From the NCBI GenBank assembly GCA_028534125.1, contig CM052849.1, positions 496,001-560,000 of the forward strand: DNA of 64,000 nucleotides, written 5' to 3'. Of this stretch, positions 46,656-57,370 are shown in pieces; within the stretch, counting starts at the first letter, position 1; each line of letters begins with the position of its first letter. This stretch comes from Lama glama (taxonomy: Eukaryota). A model generated the notes under the pieces. It saw nothing but the letters and a program-made list of their open reading frames with translations. It was not told where the DNA came from and ran no database searches. Position numbers and translations under genes: made by a program.

Positions 46656-49307
46656 AGGCGCCTGGCGGCCTGGCCGGCGCCGCCTCCGACTGCGTGCACC
46701 CAGCCCCACCAAGGCCGGCCCAGCCCACGGGCCCCGGGGGCGGGGGCCCGCGGTGCCACTCACAACCACGGCCCTGGGCCCAGGGGATTGTGGCGTCACG
46801 GCCCCCTACTCTGGGCCGGTGGCAGCCAAGGGGGCCCAGGCGGGTGGAGAGCCCTGGGCGTGTCGGCCCTCCTGCTTTTCAAGCTCCGGGCCCCTCGCCT
46901 TTGCTCCCAGGGGCCTCCATGACCAGCACCCCTTGAACCTCCTGCTGCTCCTGCCGAGGCCGGGGTTCCCTCTGTACAGCGAAGCCCTCAGCTTCTACAG
47001 CCCCCGGAGGGGAGGTGGCGACACCAGGAACTCCCAGCCCCATCCCACAGCAGCGGGGCACTGAGGAAGCTCCATGGGGCCTCGGGGCCCAGCCCTGCCC
47101 CTGCCCTCGGCTCCTCCCGCCTCCTTCTCCCCGGCTGCCCCTGCACCTGGGTGAGGAGAGGGCAGTCCGGGCTCCAGCACTGGCCACAGGCGGACGGCCC
47201 CAGGGCCACAGCGTCGTCCTTTCCTCGGCGCCCAGGGACAGGACCCAGCCCAGCAAACACCCCCCAGCCCCAGTTGGTCAGCTAACTGGCTGGGGACCCT
47301 GAGCAGAGGGACGCCGCCCAGGCCGCGCAGCCCAGGAGCCCCAGCGTCACGCGCACCCTCGCGCGCACCGCCCGCCTCTGGCCAGGACGCTTATACATCC
47401 GGAGGGTGGGCAGTGCCCGCTCCTCCGACCTCCCCACGCACCGGCCGGGGCGCAGGGAGGGCCGGGGGCGGGGCCTGGACTGGCCGAGAGAGCGAAGGAC
47501 ACGTCGGAGGAATTCAGGCCGCTGGCCGGGTCGTGTGCTGCCCCTCGCTCACCACCCACCCGGCCCGCCAGCCTGCCTGCCTGGAAAGGCCCTGTTGCCC
47601 AGTTAGGCCAAGCAGAGCAAGGCCTCTGGCCTCCAGGCCCAGGCAACCAGGATGCTAGGGCCTGACTTGGCCTGTGCCTCCCCGACCTCCTGCCTCTGGG
47701 CCTCCTCTGCCCAGTTCAGGGCATCCTTGGCCTTGCCATCCAGAGTCTCCCCAGTGGGGCTCCAAGCCTCCCTGCTCCCAGGATCCTCTCTGGCCCTGCG
47801 CTGAAGCTCTGGAAGTTAGGCCTCCACTCCAAAGCCTCTCGTAGGTTTTTGCCTGCTATTGCCTGGATCTAGATGGGAGGCAGCAGCCTCTCTCAGGGTT
47901 TTTACAACCCAGGGCCTCAGACCCCTGGCCGAGGGGGTGCTTGCTTTTGGGCAGGAAGGCCCAGGAACTGGGGACCTGGGAGTGGGCTCCCGCAGGAAGT
48001 GCCTGGCTCCCGGGCCTAGGGTCCAGTAAAGAGTCCGAGGCTGGAGTGGAGTCAGGTGAGTATGGGGGTCCTGCTGTGTGAAGGGGTGGGCGTGGGTCAC
48101 CTCATGTGCAGTGAGCCCCTGCCCCACCCCCAGGCCACAGCTGCTGCTTTGTGGACTGGGCAGGGAAAGAGGAGCTGTTGCCAGGGTACGCCCCGGGCCT
48201 GAGTGGCCGTCTGGATCTGTGACAGTGACAGCGATCTGTGGCACCCAGGGACAGGCCCAGGGAGGAGTGCCATCCTGGGACCAGCCAGGTCCCTGCTCCT
48301 CTGCCTCTAGAACCCCAGGTTGGAGCTGCGCAGGGTCCAGGAGAGCTGGGTGGAGCTGGGGGTAGTAGGTGGGAGTGGGTCATGGTGGAGCTGCAGGAGG
48401 TGAGCCCAGTGCTGGTGGTCTGTACCCAAAGAGGTGTGCAGGGCGGCCACCAGGAGTACCTGTTGCTGGTCTGCATCCACCCTGCAGGTGGCTGTGGGGT
48501 GCATGTTGTGTGCTACCTGGGATGCGTGCTGTCCCGGCACGTGGGGGTGCTGGTGGTGGTGGTGTCCTGTGCACCTGGGGAGATTTTCGTGTGTACTTGG
48601 GCGAACACGTGAAGGCAGATGTGGAGTCCACCGGTGAAACCAATATTGAGGAGAAAGAAGTGAAAGTGAAAAATCCTGGAGCTTCTGGATACTCCAGGTG
48701 AGCCTCCTGGGTCTCTGGCTGCTGTCCGGAGATCCTGGGCCCTCTGAGTCTGAGGTGGACAGGAGCGGGGTGGGGGTGGGGTGGGGCAGACCTCTCAGCC
48801 CCTCATTAACCCCTTAGTGCCTGAGCTGGGACCTGGGCAGCCAGGCTGGGTAGGGAAAAAGTGCAGAAACAGAAGGCACTCTATCTGGTGGGCAAGCTCT
48901 GGTGAGAGCACGCTGGAAGAGGTCAGGACCTCCCGCCCCCCACACAGACAGCCCTGCCTGACGGCGGCCCTGCTCCACCCACTGCAGATACTCACCCGAG
49001 GGATAGCAGAACCAGGACCTTAGGTCAATGCCCGCGCCCTGCTGGAACCCAACTGCAGGGGCCCAAAGGGGCCCGAAGTGCAAGGCTGAGTCTCCAGCCC
49101 GGCCTGGCCTGGGTGTCGCTGCTTCCCCCACCTCTGGGGGTGCACTCCTTGGTCCCTCCTGGAGGCTGCTCCACTGGGCTCCTCGCCGCCTGCCCCTGCC
49201 CTAACCCTGGTGCCCGTGCCCACAGGGAGCGCGTGCCAGGTGGTCCCGTGTCGCACACACCCCGTCCGCGCGTGCCGCCGCCTGAGTAGGAAGCCTTCCT
49301 TCCTCAC

Positions 49308-49350
49308 CTGGACCGGCTGGACTCCCTTCTGCCTCGCTCCCCCTGCCGGC
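49308..49350 (-). other. TBX1: TBX1 non-coding exon 1 (5' end approximate)
   Basis: Minus strand reads GCCGGCAGGGGGAGCGAGGCAGAAGGGAGTCCAGCCGGTCCAG|gtgagg. It resembles the recalled 5' end of human TBX1 mRNA, has a strong donor and lies in CpG-rich sequence. Confidence 0.75.
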
Positions 49351-49770
49351 CGAGCCTCCATGTGTGCGAGGTAGGAGGCCCGGCTGGGCCCCCACACGCG
49401 CGGGCCAGGAGGGCTGGGCGCTGCCCAGGGTCGGGCGCCACTCGGGGTCAGCCTCCTTAGGTTGCGGTGCGCGGCTGGGACCTGGACTTTGCGGTCCGCC
49501 CCTCCGCCTGGGACACAGACTGAAGACAAGACCTGCATTTCGCCGCACCGGCCCGTGGCGAGGTGAGAACTAAGATGAGACCACTTTACAGTCCTTAAGA
49601 CCGAGGCTCGGCTTGGACTGGCAGCGGAATGGTCCAGCTGCGGGCTGGAGGCAGCAAGGGCTGGATGGCACTGAGACGTCGGCCCTTCCTGGGCGCCAAC
49701 GCCAACGGGGCCGCTGCCTTGGCTTCTCCCTCGGGGCCCTGCGCAGGGTCCCATGTGGGCACTCAAATGC

Positions 49771-49883
49771 GCCCCAGCACTCACTCACCCCCGCGCCAGC
49801 ATCCTCGGAGTTGTGCCTGAAGCCCCAGCACTCACTCACCCCCACCCCCGCCCCGCTTCGGCATCCTCAGAGTTGTGCCCGAA
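49771..49883. repeat. Imperfect tandem duplication (51 and ~62 bp copies)
   Basis: gccccagcactcactcaccccc...gcatcctc(g/a)gagttgtgcc(t/c)gaa occurs twice (49771-49821 and 49822-49883). Confidence 0.92.
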
Positions 49884-52800
49884 GCAAACCCTGTTTTCTC
49901 CCCAGCGCGGGGAGGCGGCCCCTGGAGAGTCCTGGCTGCCAGCTCCCGCCCAGCTCCGCCTCCCCTCAGCGCACGTGGCTCCTTCAGGGGAGCCATCAAG
50001 ACTGGCGCCCTCACAGCTTTTGGCGGGACCCCACTCCTCACTCTCCGGCCCCTGAAAAGGCACATCCGCAGCACTGTGCCGCTGCCCAGAATTCACTCCG
50101 GGCCTCTCCGCTCCCATCCTTGGAAGGAACTGTGCGCCCATGTGCATCGCTGGCGGGCGCAAAGCCCACGGATCCTTACACTCATGAGCTCCTCGAGACA
50201 AGGTGGACACCATCCGCGCTCCCCACGGGGTCTCTGGCCAGCTGGGGCACAGGCGCACACAGAAGCATCTGAGCTGACAGACCGCGGGGTGTGAGCACGT
50301 TGCGCTGGGGACCCATCTCCCTGGAAGCAGAACACAGACCGGACAGAACCGGGCTGCCTCACCCAGGGCTCAGAGAGGGGCCGGGCTTTCCTCGACCCTG
50401 TTCATTCATTTCAGGGTTGATTAGCCGGACCTGCCTCCAGCATCTGCCTAGACGGGCCTCAGCGGTCTCCCAGGAAGGCCCCGCACCGGGGCCAGCCTGC
50501 ACCCTGCCTTTCTGCTGCCGGCAGCCACTCCTGGCTGGCCGGCGGGGCCAAGCCTGGCAGGATGTGCAAGGGGGCGACCTTCGCTGGAGCCGGGAGAGGC
50601 GGACGCAGGGCAGCTCCGGCTCCGTCCCCTCTCTCCTCTCCCCACCCGCCGCGGGAGGCTGGAGCAGGACCTTGGCCCCTGGGCGCGCCCTATCTTCCTC
50701 CTTCGAAGGAAGGCTCTTGGCCCGCAACAAAGACAAACGCGGCTTTCTGGATAGTGCGCGTGGTCGTGGACGGGCAGCGACCCCAGCCCTGGAGGTGGGC
50801 GGGTAGGGGAGGCTGTGCTCTGACCTCCCTCCCCTCCTCCCCAGCCACTTCGTGGGAGAGGACCCACAGGCTCTGCGCGGTGGGGGTGAAATGGGGGCGA
50901 AATCTGTGCGGGTCACCCTTGCACGCCCAGCTCGTGGTCCTGCGGGCCCCAGTACAGTCTGCACATCGCGGGGGAGGGGGGGCTTTGCAGACCCTGGGGC
51001 TGGCGGGGCAGGGCCGGACCGAGAGCCTGTGGGAGCTTGTGGTGAGGCCTCATCCCAGGCAGGGACGGTTTCCCTGCCCCCGCCCTGCTGGCCTGATCTC
51101 TTGGAGGAGGCGACCCCCTCTCCCCAGCCTTGGGGCTCAGTCACGTGGAAGAGCAGTGACTCCATTGGCCCGTAACTGCTCCCTGGACCCTCCCTCCGGG
51201 TTGCCTCAAACTGATGCAGAAGTCCCTGCAAGCCCACCCAGGCCTCCTCCATCGTGTTGGGCCCTTACCCCAACCTCCAGTCGGGGAGCCTGTGCCCCCC
51301 CCAGCTCTGGGGACCCCTGCCTGGGAGCCCCAGGTGCACAGTCCGTTCACATGAGAGGGACTGAGGACTCCGTGGAGATACCTGGCAGACCCTGGCAGTT
51401 CTTGGCAAAGGCTGGGAACCAGAAACAGCCTTGGAGATGACACCGGGTAGGGATGAGCTGAGCCATGCTCAGGGAGGGGGCTGGCCCCTCACCCCTTCTG
51501 TGGCATCACCTGGGACCCTTCCTGGACCCCAGCACCACCAGCCTGGACCCTGGGGGACCAATAACTGCAGAATGAGCCAAGGGAAGCTGGGAGGGGTTGG
51601 GCCAGGGTCTGCACAGCCGTGCACAGCTGGGTGCAGCTCCCTTCTGCCCCGGGGCCTAGCTGCACCCCCCTCTCCCCGAGAGGGTGCTGTCTTCTGGGCC
51701 CAGTGCCCAGGAGGACAGATGCAGGGAGCTGGTGAGAGGGATGGCCGGACCGGATGGGGCTGTCAGCTAGGCCTGGGTGATAGCACCCCCTGACCCCCAC
51801 AGGGCACCAGGGCCCCCTGCAGGCTGGAAGTTCCCACAAGTCTAGAACAAACAAACAGACAGCCCGTTACACAGGCAGGCCCTGGGCCCCTCTCCGATTT
51901 CTGGGCCTGTTGATTTAACTGCCCACTTGGCGAGAGGACCCAGCCACATGGGGAGCTGGCTGTCCATCTGTCTGTCCATCTACTGGCCACACTGGCCTCT
52001 CCAGCCCAGGCAGAGGTGTGGCTTTCAGAGACCCAGGTGACCTAGATTTTGGCTGCCTACAGCTCCCCTCTGTGGCCAGGGCAGCAGAGCCACACTTTCC
52101 AATAAAAGGGCCAGAACCCAGAAGCCCCGGGGGGTGTGGGCTGAGGGTGAGTGGCCTGAAGATGGTCACTGCAGACACTCTCCTCAGGCTCCTCCTCCAA
52201 CACACCCCCAGGTGAGTGTGTGCACATGGGGACAGGAGGAGACTCCCTTCACAGGGTCACTCAACAGGGACCCTTCCAGGTGGAATCACCTGGGAGGTCA
52301 CTCGCCCTTCTCAGTCCCCAGCCCTGACTCCGGCTTGCTGAGTGAGATGAGGAAGGAAGTTCTGAGGAGGCAGAAACCGGGGCCGGGGCCAGAGGCAGTG
52401 GAGAGGCACCGCCACACCAGGGACACTGGCACCTTGCTAACGGGGCCCAGCCAGGGCGAGCTCCCTATGGTCTTTGGAGATAGTGTGTCTCATCTTCAGG
52501 ATGCTTAGAGCAGTTAAAAGAATTGAATACATCAGACTTGGAATTTTCATTAAATCTTGATCCAGTTAACAATTCAGTTCAAGTTGTCCATATACTTGCA
52601 GTGACAGCCAAGTGTGCCTCTCAGGAGAAACTCAGGGTGGAAGTCCAGTCCAAGTCAGTGGAGGATTGGCTCTGTGCCGGAGTCCTTCTGCATCCACTCT
52701 GGGTCCCGTGAACCCAGAACCTCACCCAGGTGCCATGGCCTGGCGTCCAGAGCTGCTGTGCCTACTACCCTCGGCAGGCCCCCTCCCCCTCCCCCTCCGC

Positions 52801-54482
52801 CTGCTGACCTGGGGCTGAAGGCGGGAGGCAGGTGGACTGTCCAGCCTGGGCAACACTGTCCAGCAGCTGGATGGGCAGAGAGGGGACCCAGGCCTGGGGA
52901 GAACAGTGGAGGCAACCAGGCCCCTCCCCAGCGGGTCTGCCTGGACTCCTGCGTTTCCAGGGGAGGAGCTGCTGCAAAGAGGGTGGGGACAACATCGTGG
53001 AGGAGAGGGGCCCTTCAGAGCAGGCAGAGCCAGGGCAGATGGTGTGGCCCAGGCATCACGAGCACTGCCAGGTGTGAGCCTCATCCTGCAGCGCTCTGGG
53101 GCCTCTCCAAGCCTCAGAGTTTGTCTGAGAAATGGGAGTGCTGGAGACCCCACGGTGCGAGTCAGGGAGGCTCACATCAGCTCCCAAATGGGGCTCCCCA
53201 GCCGGTGTCACCCCTAGACTTGTCCCCCAAGACTGGGGAAAGAAGCTATTGCCTCTGTGCTCCTGTGGGGCCTCCAGACCCTGCCAGGGCTTGGGGAGGG
53301 GGCTCCTGGCTGCACCCCCAGGAGGCCCTCTCTGCCCGGCTTCTCCACCCTGCCCAAGTGCCCAGACTCTGCCTTGGCTTCCCGGGTCCCTGAGCACGGC
53401 CCCGCCCCAGCTCAGCCAGACAAATCCCTTCCCTCCTCTGCGGCTCTGCTGAACCAGGTTGGAATTTCTCAAAAGCAAACAAACAGGCGAGCTCAGAGCT
53501 CAGCGTTGTGGTTTTAGGAGCTCAGATTCCCTCCCGTCTGTCTGAGCCAGCATCAGTCCCGGCCGGCCGCCCACGGCAGGCTGGACGGGGCCCATGGCTG
53601 AGACCCCCAGGGCCCAGGCTCAGAGGCTGCTGTCCCCGAAGTACCAGCTGCCTCAGTTTGCTCCTGAGACCCCAAGAGGACGGCAGGAAGCTGCAGCCTG
53701 TGCTGAGCAGAAAGGACCCTGGGCTTGGCGGGCAGGACATGGACAGGGACCGCCGTGGGGACAGCAGTGGTGCCTGTGCCACCAGGCAGGGCTGGTGGAG
53801 CACAGTGGGTGAGGACTGGAGGGCTCGGGGCTCAGTGCATCGATGCGTCGGGGGGGTCCCTGGGCACAGAGGCAGGGCTGCGAGGCCATGTGGGAATGTG
53901 GGGGTGGGGTGGGGGGCAGGAGGGCACCTCAAGGGGCCAGGACCGGCTGGGAAGGAGGCCTGGGGGTGGGGAGGGGCCAGAGGGGGGCTCTCGCCAGGTG
54001 GTCTTAATCTCCTCAGTGAAATAGGAGTCCTGGAGTGGGCGGGGGAGGTGGGAGCCTGGAGAGCCAGAGACAGCTGCGGGGAGGGGGCAGCCTGGCAGCG
54101 CTGAGGCCGGGCCGAGCCCCTGCCCTTGGGCCCACTCCTCCAGTCGGTCAGAATGGGTCCTGGGCCCAGGCTCGCTTGGGGCGGTTCTCACACTGCACCC
54201 GCCCCCGTCCACTGGGGCCCTTCTGCCTACATGGTCTGTGTCCTTGTAGGGGTGGCCTGGCCCTTCCTGCTGTCTTCCTGGGCGGGGCGGGGGCTGGGTC
54301 GGTTTCCCCTCTGCTTAAGCCCCCACTAGAGTTCCCCCGCACACTAAGCTATCGGGCCTGGAGGTAGTGCCAGAAGGGTGAAGAGAGGATGAAGGAGGTG
54401 CTTGTGGCCAGCCCGGGACCTGAAGGACGGAGGGCAGGGGCTGAGTGGCTCACCTCCTCTCCTCTACCCACTAGGGGGCTCC

Positions 54483-54511
54483 CAGAGGTGGGGAAACTGA
54501 GGCAGAGAGGG
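54483..54511 (-). mobile_element. MIR core remnant
   Basis: gtggggaaactgaggcagagagg. Confidence 0.45.
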
Positions 54512-57334
54512 TGGGTGAGATGAGCTTTGGCCTCCTGAAGGTGAGGCAGGAGGGAGGCATGGGCAGTGGCCTGAGTACTCAGCACCAGCTGTGCTGGGCG
54601 GACAGACAGATGGACGTGAGCTTTCACCGGTGCCCCAGGGCCAACCGAGCCCCTCCCGCCAGGATGTTTGCCAGAATCCAACGCACGGGCCGCCCCATGC
54701 TGGGCGGGGTGTAGGCGGGCGCCAGGCTGTCTCAGGCCTCACTGGGAACGGCCAGGCCCTGGGGCCAATATGAGCCTCCTAGGTGCCCCTGGAGAAATGG
54801 AGGCAGCCCTGCACAACGCCAGCATGGCACCAGAGCACCAGCTCTTCTCTGACTCAACGGCGGGCCGCTCTCCGAAGCGCCTGCCTGCCCAGGCCCCGGC
54901 CCCAAGCCCTCTCCTTCCTGGCTCCGTGCCGTGGTTCTGCCCCAACAACCACGCCACCTCAGGTCTGCGTCCTCTGCACCTGCAGGGCTCTGGCTCTGCT
55001 TTGCTGCTCTGCCTGGTCCTTGAGCCTGGGGTTCAGGGGCTCTCGCCCCCAAGTTGTTTGGTGGTCATGCCACTGTTCCCGTCCAGGCCAGGCACCCGGG
55101 GGCACAAGACCAGCAGGCCCTTGTGTGTCGAACAGCAGTGAGGCCAGGCAGGACCGAGCCATCTTCATGCAAGGCCTGCATGTCCACACGGAGGTGGCAC
55201 ATGTGTGGGGCTAAGCCAGCCCTTGTGAACTGGGCCCAGGCTGGGACCCCGGAGTCAGCCTTCCCTGGCCGGGAAGAGGGCCTTTCTCTCCCTGGAAGCT
55301 TGCAACTTAGTCCCTAGAGCGTTCCCTCCTGTGGCTCAGACGTGGCTGCTCAGACGTGGCCTCCACCCTCTCCGCAGCTCTGGACAGGAGGCCTGTGAGT
55401 CATTCTCACCTTAGAAGGAGTTTTGCAGATTCCTTCCCAATGCCCGCCAGGACCAGCCAGAGTCTTACTTCAGCTGAGGCAGAAGGTGGTGCTACCCTGC
55501 GGACGTATGCGGGACTGCCAGTGCAGAGAAAGGAATGTTCTGGAAGGGGACTGCTGCTCCCAGATGAAGAAGTGCTCTGCATGGTCAGGGTGGCCTGGGA
55601 GGAGGGCGTTTCCTGGCTTCCACTTCCGGCCTCCGGCTTTACTTCCTGGGACGAGGCCTTGCAGACGCAGCAGGAGCCTGTTCCCCTCAATGCATCTGCT
55701 CTGGAAGTGTGGCCCCGATGCTGTGGACTTAGAGCCACTTCCCTCATCCACAGGCCCAGTGGAAGCCCATGCCAGGCAGTGAGAGGGGACCATGTTATTA
55801 ATCGGGGAAAAGGGCAGAGGTCCAAGGCTGCACCGGTGAAAGACGCTCCCATCCTGGCCGGGCCCACGGAAGCCTTGGGGCTGCTGTGAGAAGCAATCAG
55901 CGATTGGGTTCCGAGCATCTGTGTGGACACACTGCGCGAGGCAGCAGCGGTCACCATATAGGTGCTATGGATGCTGCCCTGGTGCCTGGACACTCCCTCT
56001 TGCTGTGGCAATGGAATGCTCCTCCATTCTACACATGCCGTCTCTCTTAAGGTGGCCTCAGGTGTCCCTGGTTCTGATCTTGAGGTTGGACATCTCCAAA
56101 TAGTTGCCCAGGACCTTCCAGACCTCCCGGCCCCTCCACCTCAACCCCACTGGTTGGTACCTGGCCTGAACCCAGCCCCAGAGCAGCTCCCCACAGCCAG
56201 TGTGGACATCCAGCATCAAGCATCTTGGATTTCTGACACAGGGGCCCCCCACCTGGTGGCAGCTGACACCTGAGCCCACCCGACCCAGTGGCAAGGGCAG
56301 GGGTGAGTGACCTGGCTGGAGACAGCTGCCGTGGGAACAGCCAGAAAAATCCTGGTGTCACTCACCCTGGTGCCAGAGGGGAGACCGAGGCACAGAGCAA
56401 GGCAAGACCTCAGGCATCAGCGAGGGGCCTGCCCAGCCAGGGTCCTGCTGCATCCCAGCCTGGCCCCACCCTTGGTGGCCTGCACACCTCTGCTGTCCAC
56501 CGCCCTCCCAGGCAGAAATGGCCGTTTCCTCCAGCTCACGCCCCAGGGAGCGACACGGAGCTGGCAAAACAAATAGGCCATTCCTCCTGTGGCCGCGGCT
56601 GGTGATGGATGGCCAGAGGGGCTGGCCTTGCTGACGGACGACCGCCCATCATGTGTGGGCTGGGGGCGGGGGCCCAGTGAGGCTTTGGACACAGGCACAG
56701 ACACATACTCTGAGCCGTGGTGCTGGCCTCATCCCACCCTGAGACCCTCCCAGGCCAGACACCCAGATGGACCGAGACCCATTCCCCCAGCCTTGGTTGC
56801 CCCTTTGATGCAGGCCCCCATTGTGGGTGGGGGCTCAGCCAACGTATCTGAGGGTGAGGTCCTCTGTGGTCCCTCAAAGGCCACCACCTGCCTGCCAGAG
56901 GGTTAGAACCCCCTCCTCAGCCTTCGGCATTCTGGGCCTGGATGGGCTGGGGTCCTCTGAAGCCTGTATCAGCCCCTGCACGTGAGCTGAGCAGGCTGTG
57001 TGGGGCTGGGTGCCTGGTGGGGCAGGTGTGGCAGGCACCCCAATGGGGGACAGGGCAGTGGAGCCTCGAGTCTCGGGGGTCTGACAGGCAGAGAACCACT
57101 GCACTGCCCCGGAAGGCCCCAGGGTCCTCTGCCTGAGTCATCCCAGGTCCCAGCCTTCACCGGCAGCCCCTCTGTCCGTCTGTTGGGGCAGGGACTGTCG
57201 TCTTGTACAGATGCACAAACCAAGCCTGGGTAGGGGAAGTCCAGCTGGAGGGAACACAAGCCTGGGCTAGGGAGGGTCCCCCTGGAGTGGGCCTGCCACA
57301 CCCATCTGATGGCGACTCCTGCCAGGCAGGGCCA

Positions 57335-57370
57335 GGTGCTGACGGTGCTGACGGTGCTGACGGTGCTGAC
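57335..57370 (+). repeat. Perfect (GGTGCTGAC)x4
   Basis: Four identical 9-mers read directly. Confidence 0.97.

Larger units (their letters stand above)
49200..50950. promoter_or_regulatory. CpG-rich promoter region around TBX1 exon 1
   Basis: Elevated CpG flanking the exon-1 donor; boundaries approximate. Confidence 0.65.

Noticed and set aside
45979-47064. 361-aa plus-strand ORF with a hydrophobic N-terminus
   Set aside because: The F/L/S/P richness simply reflects the pyrimidine tract; TTG start; antisense to TBX1 exon 2.
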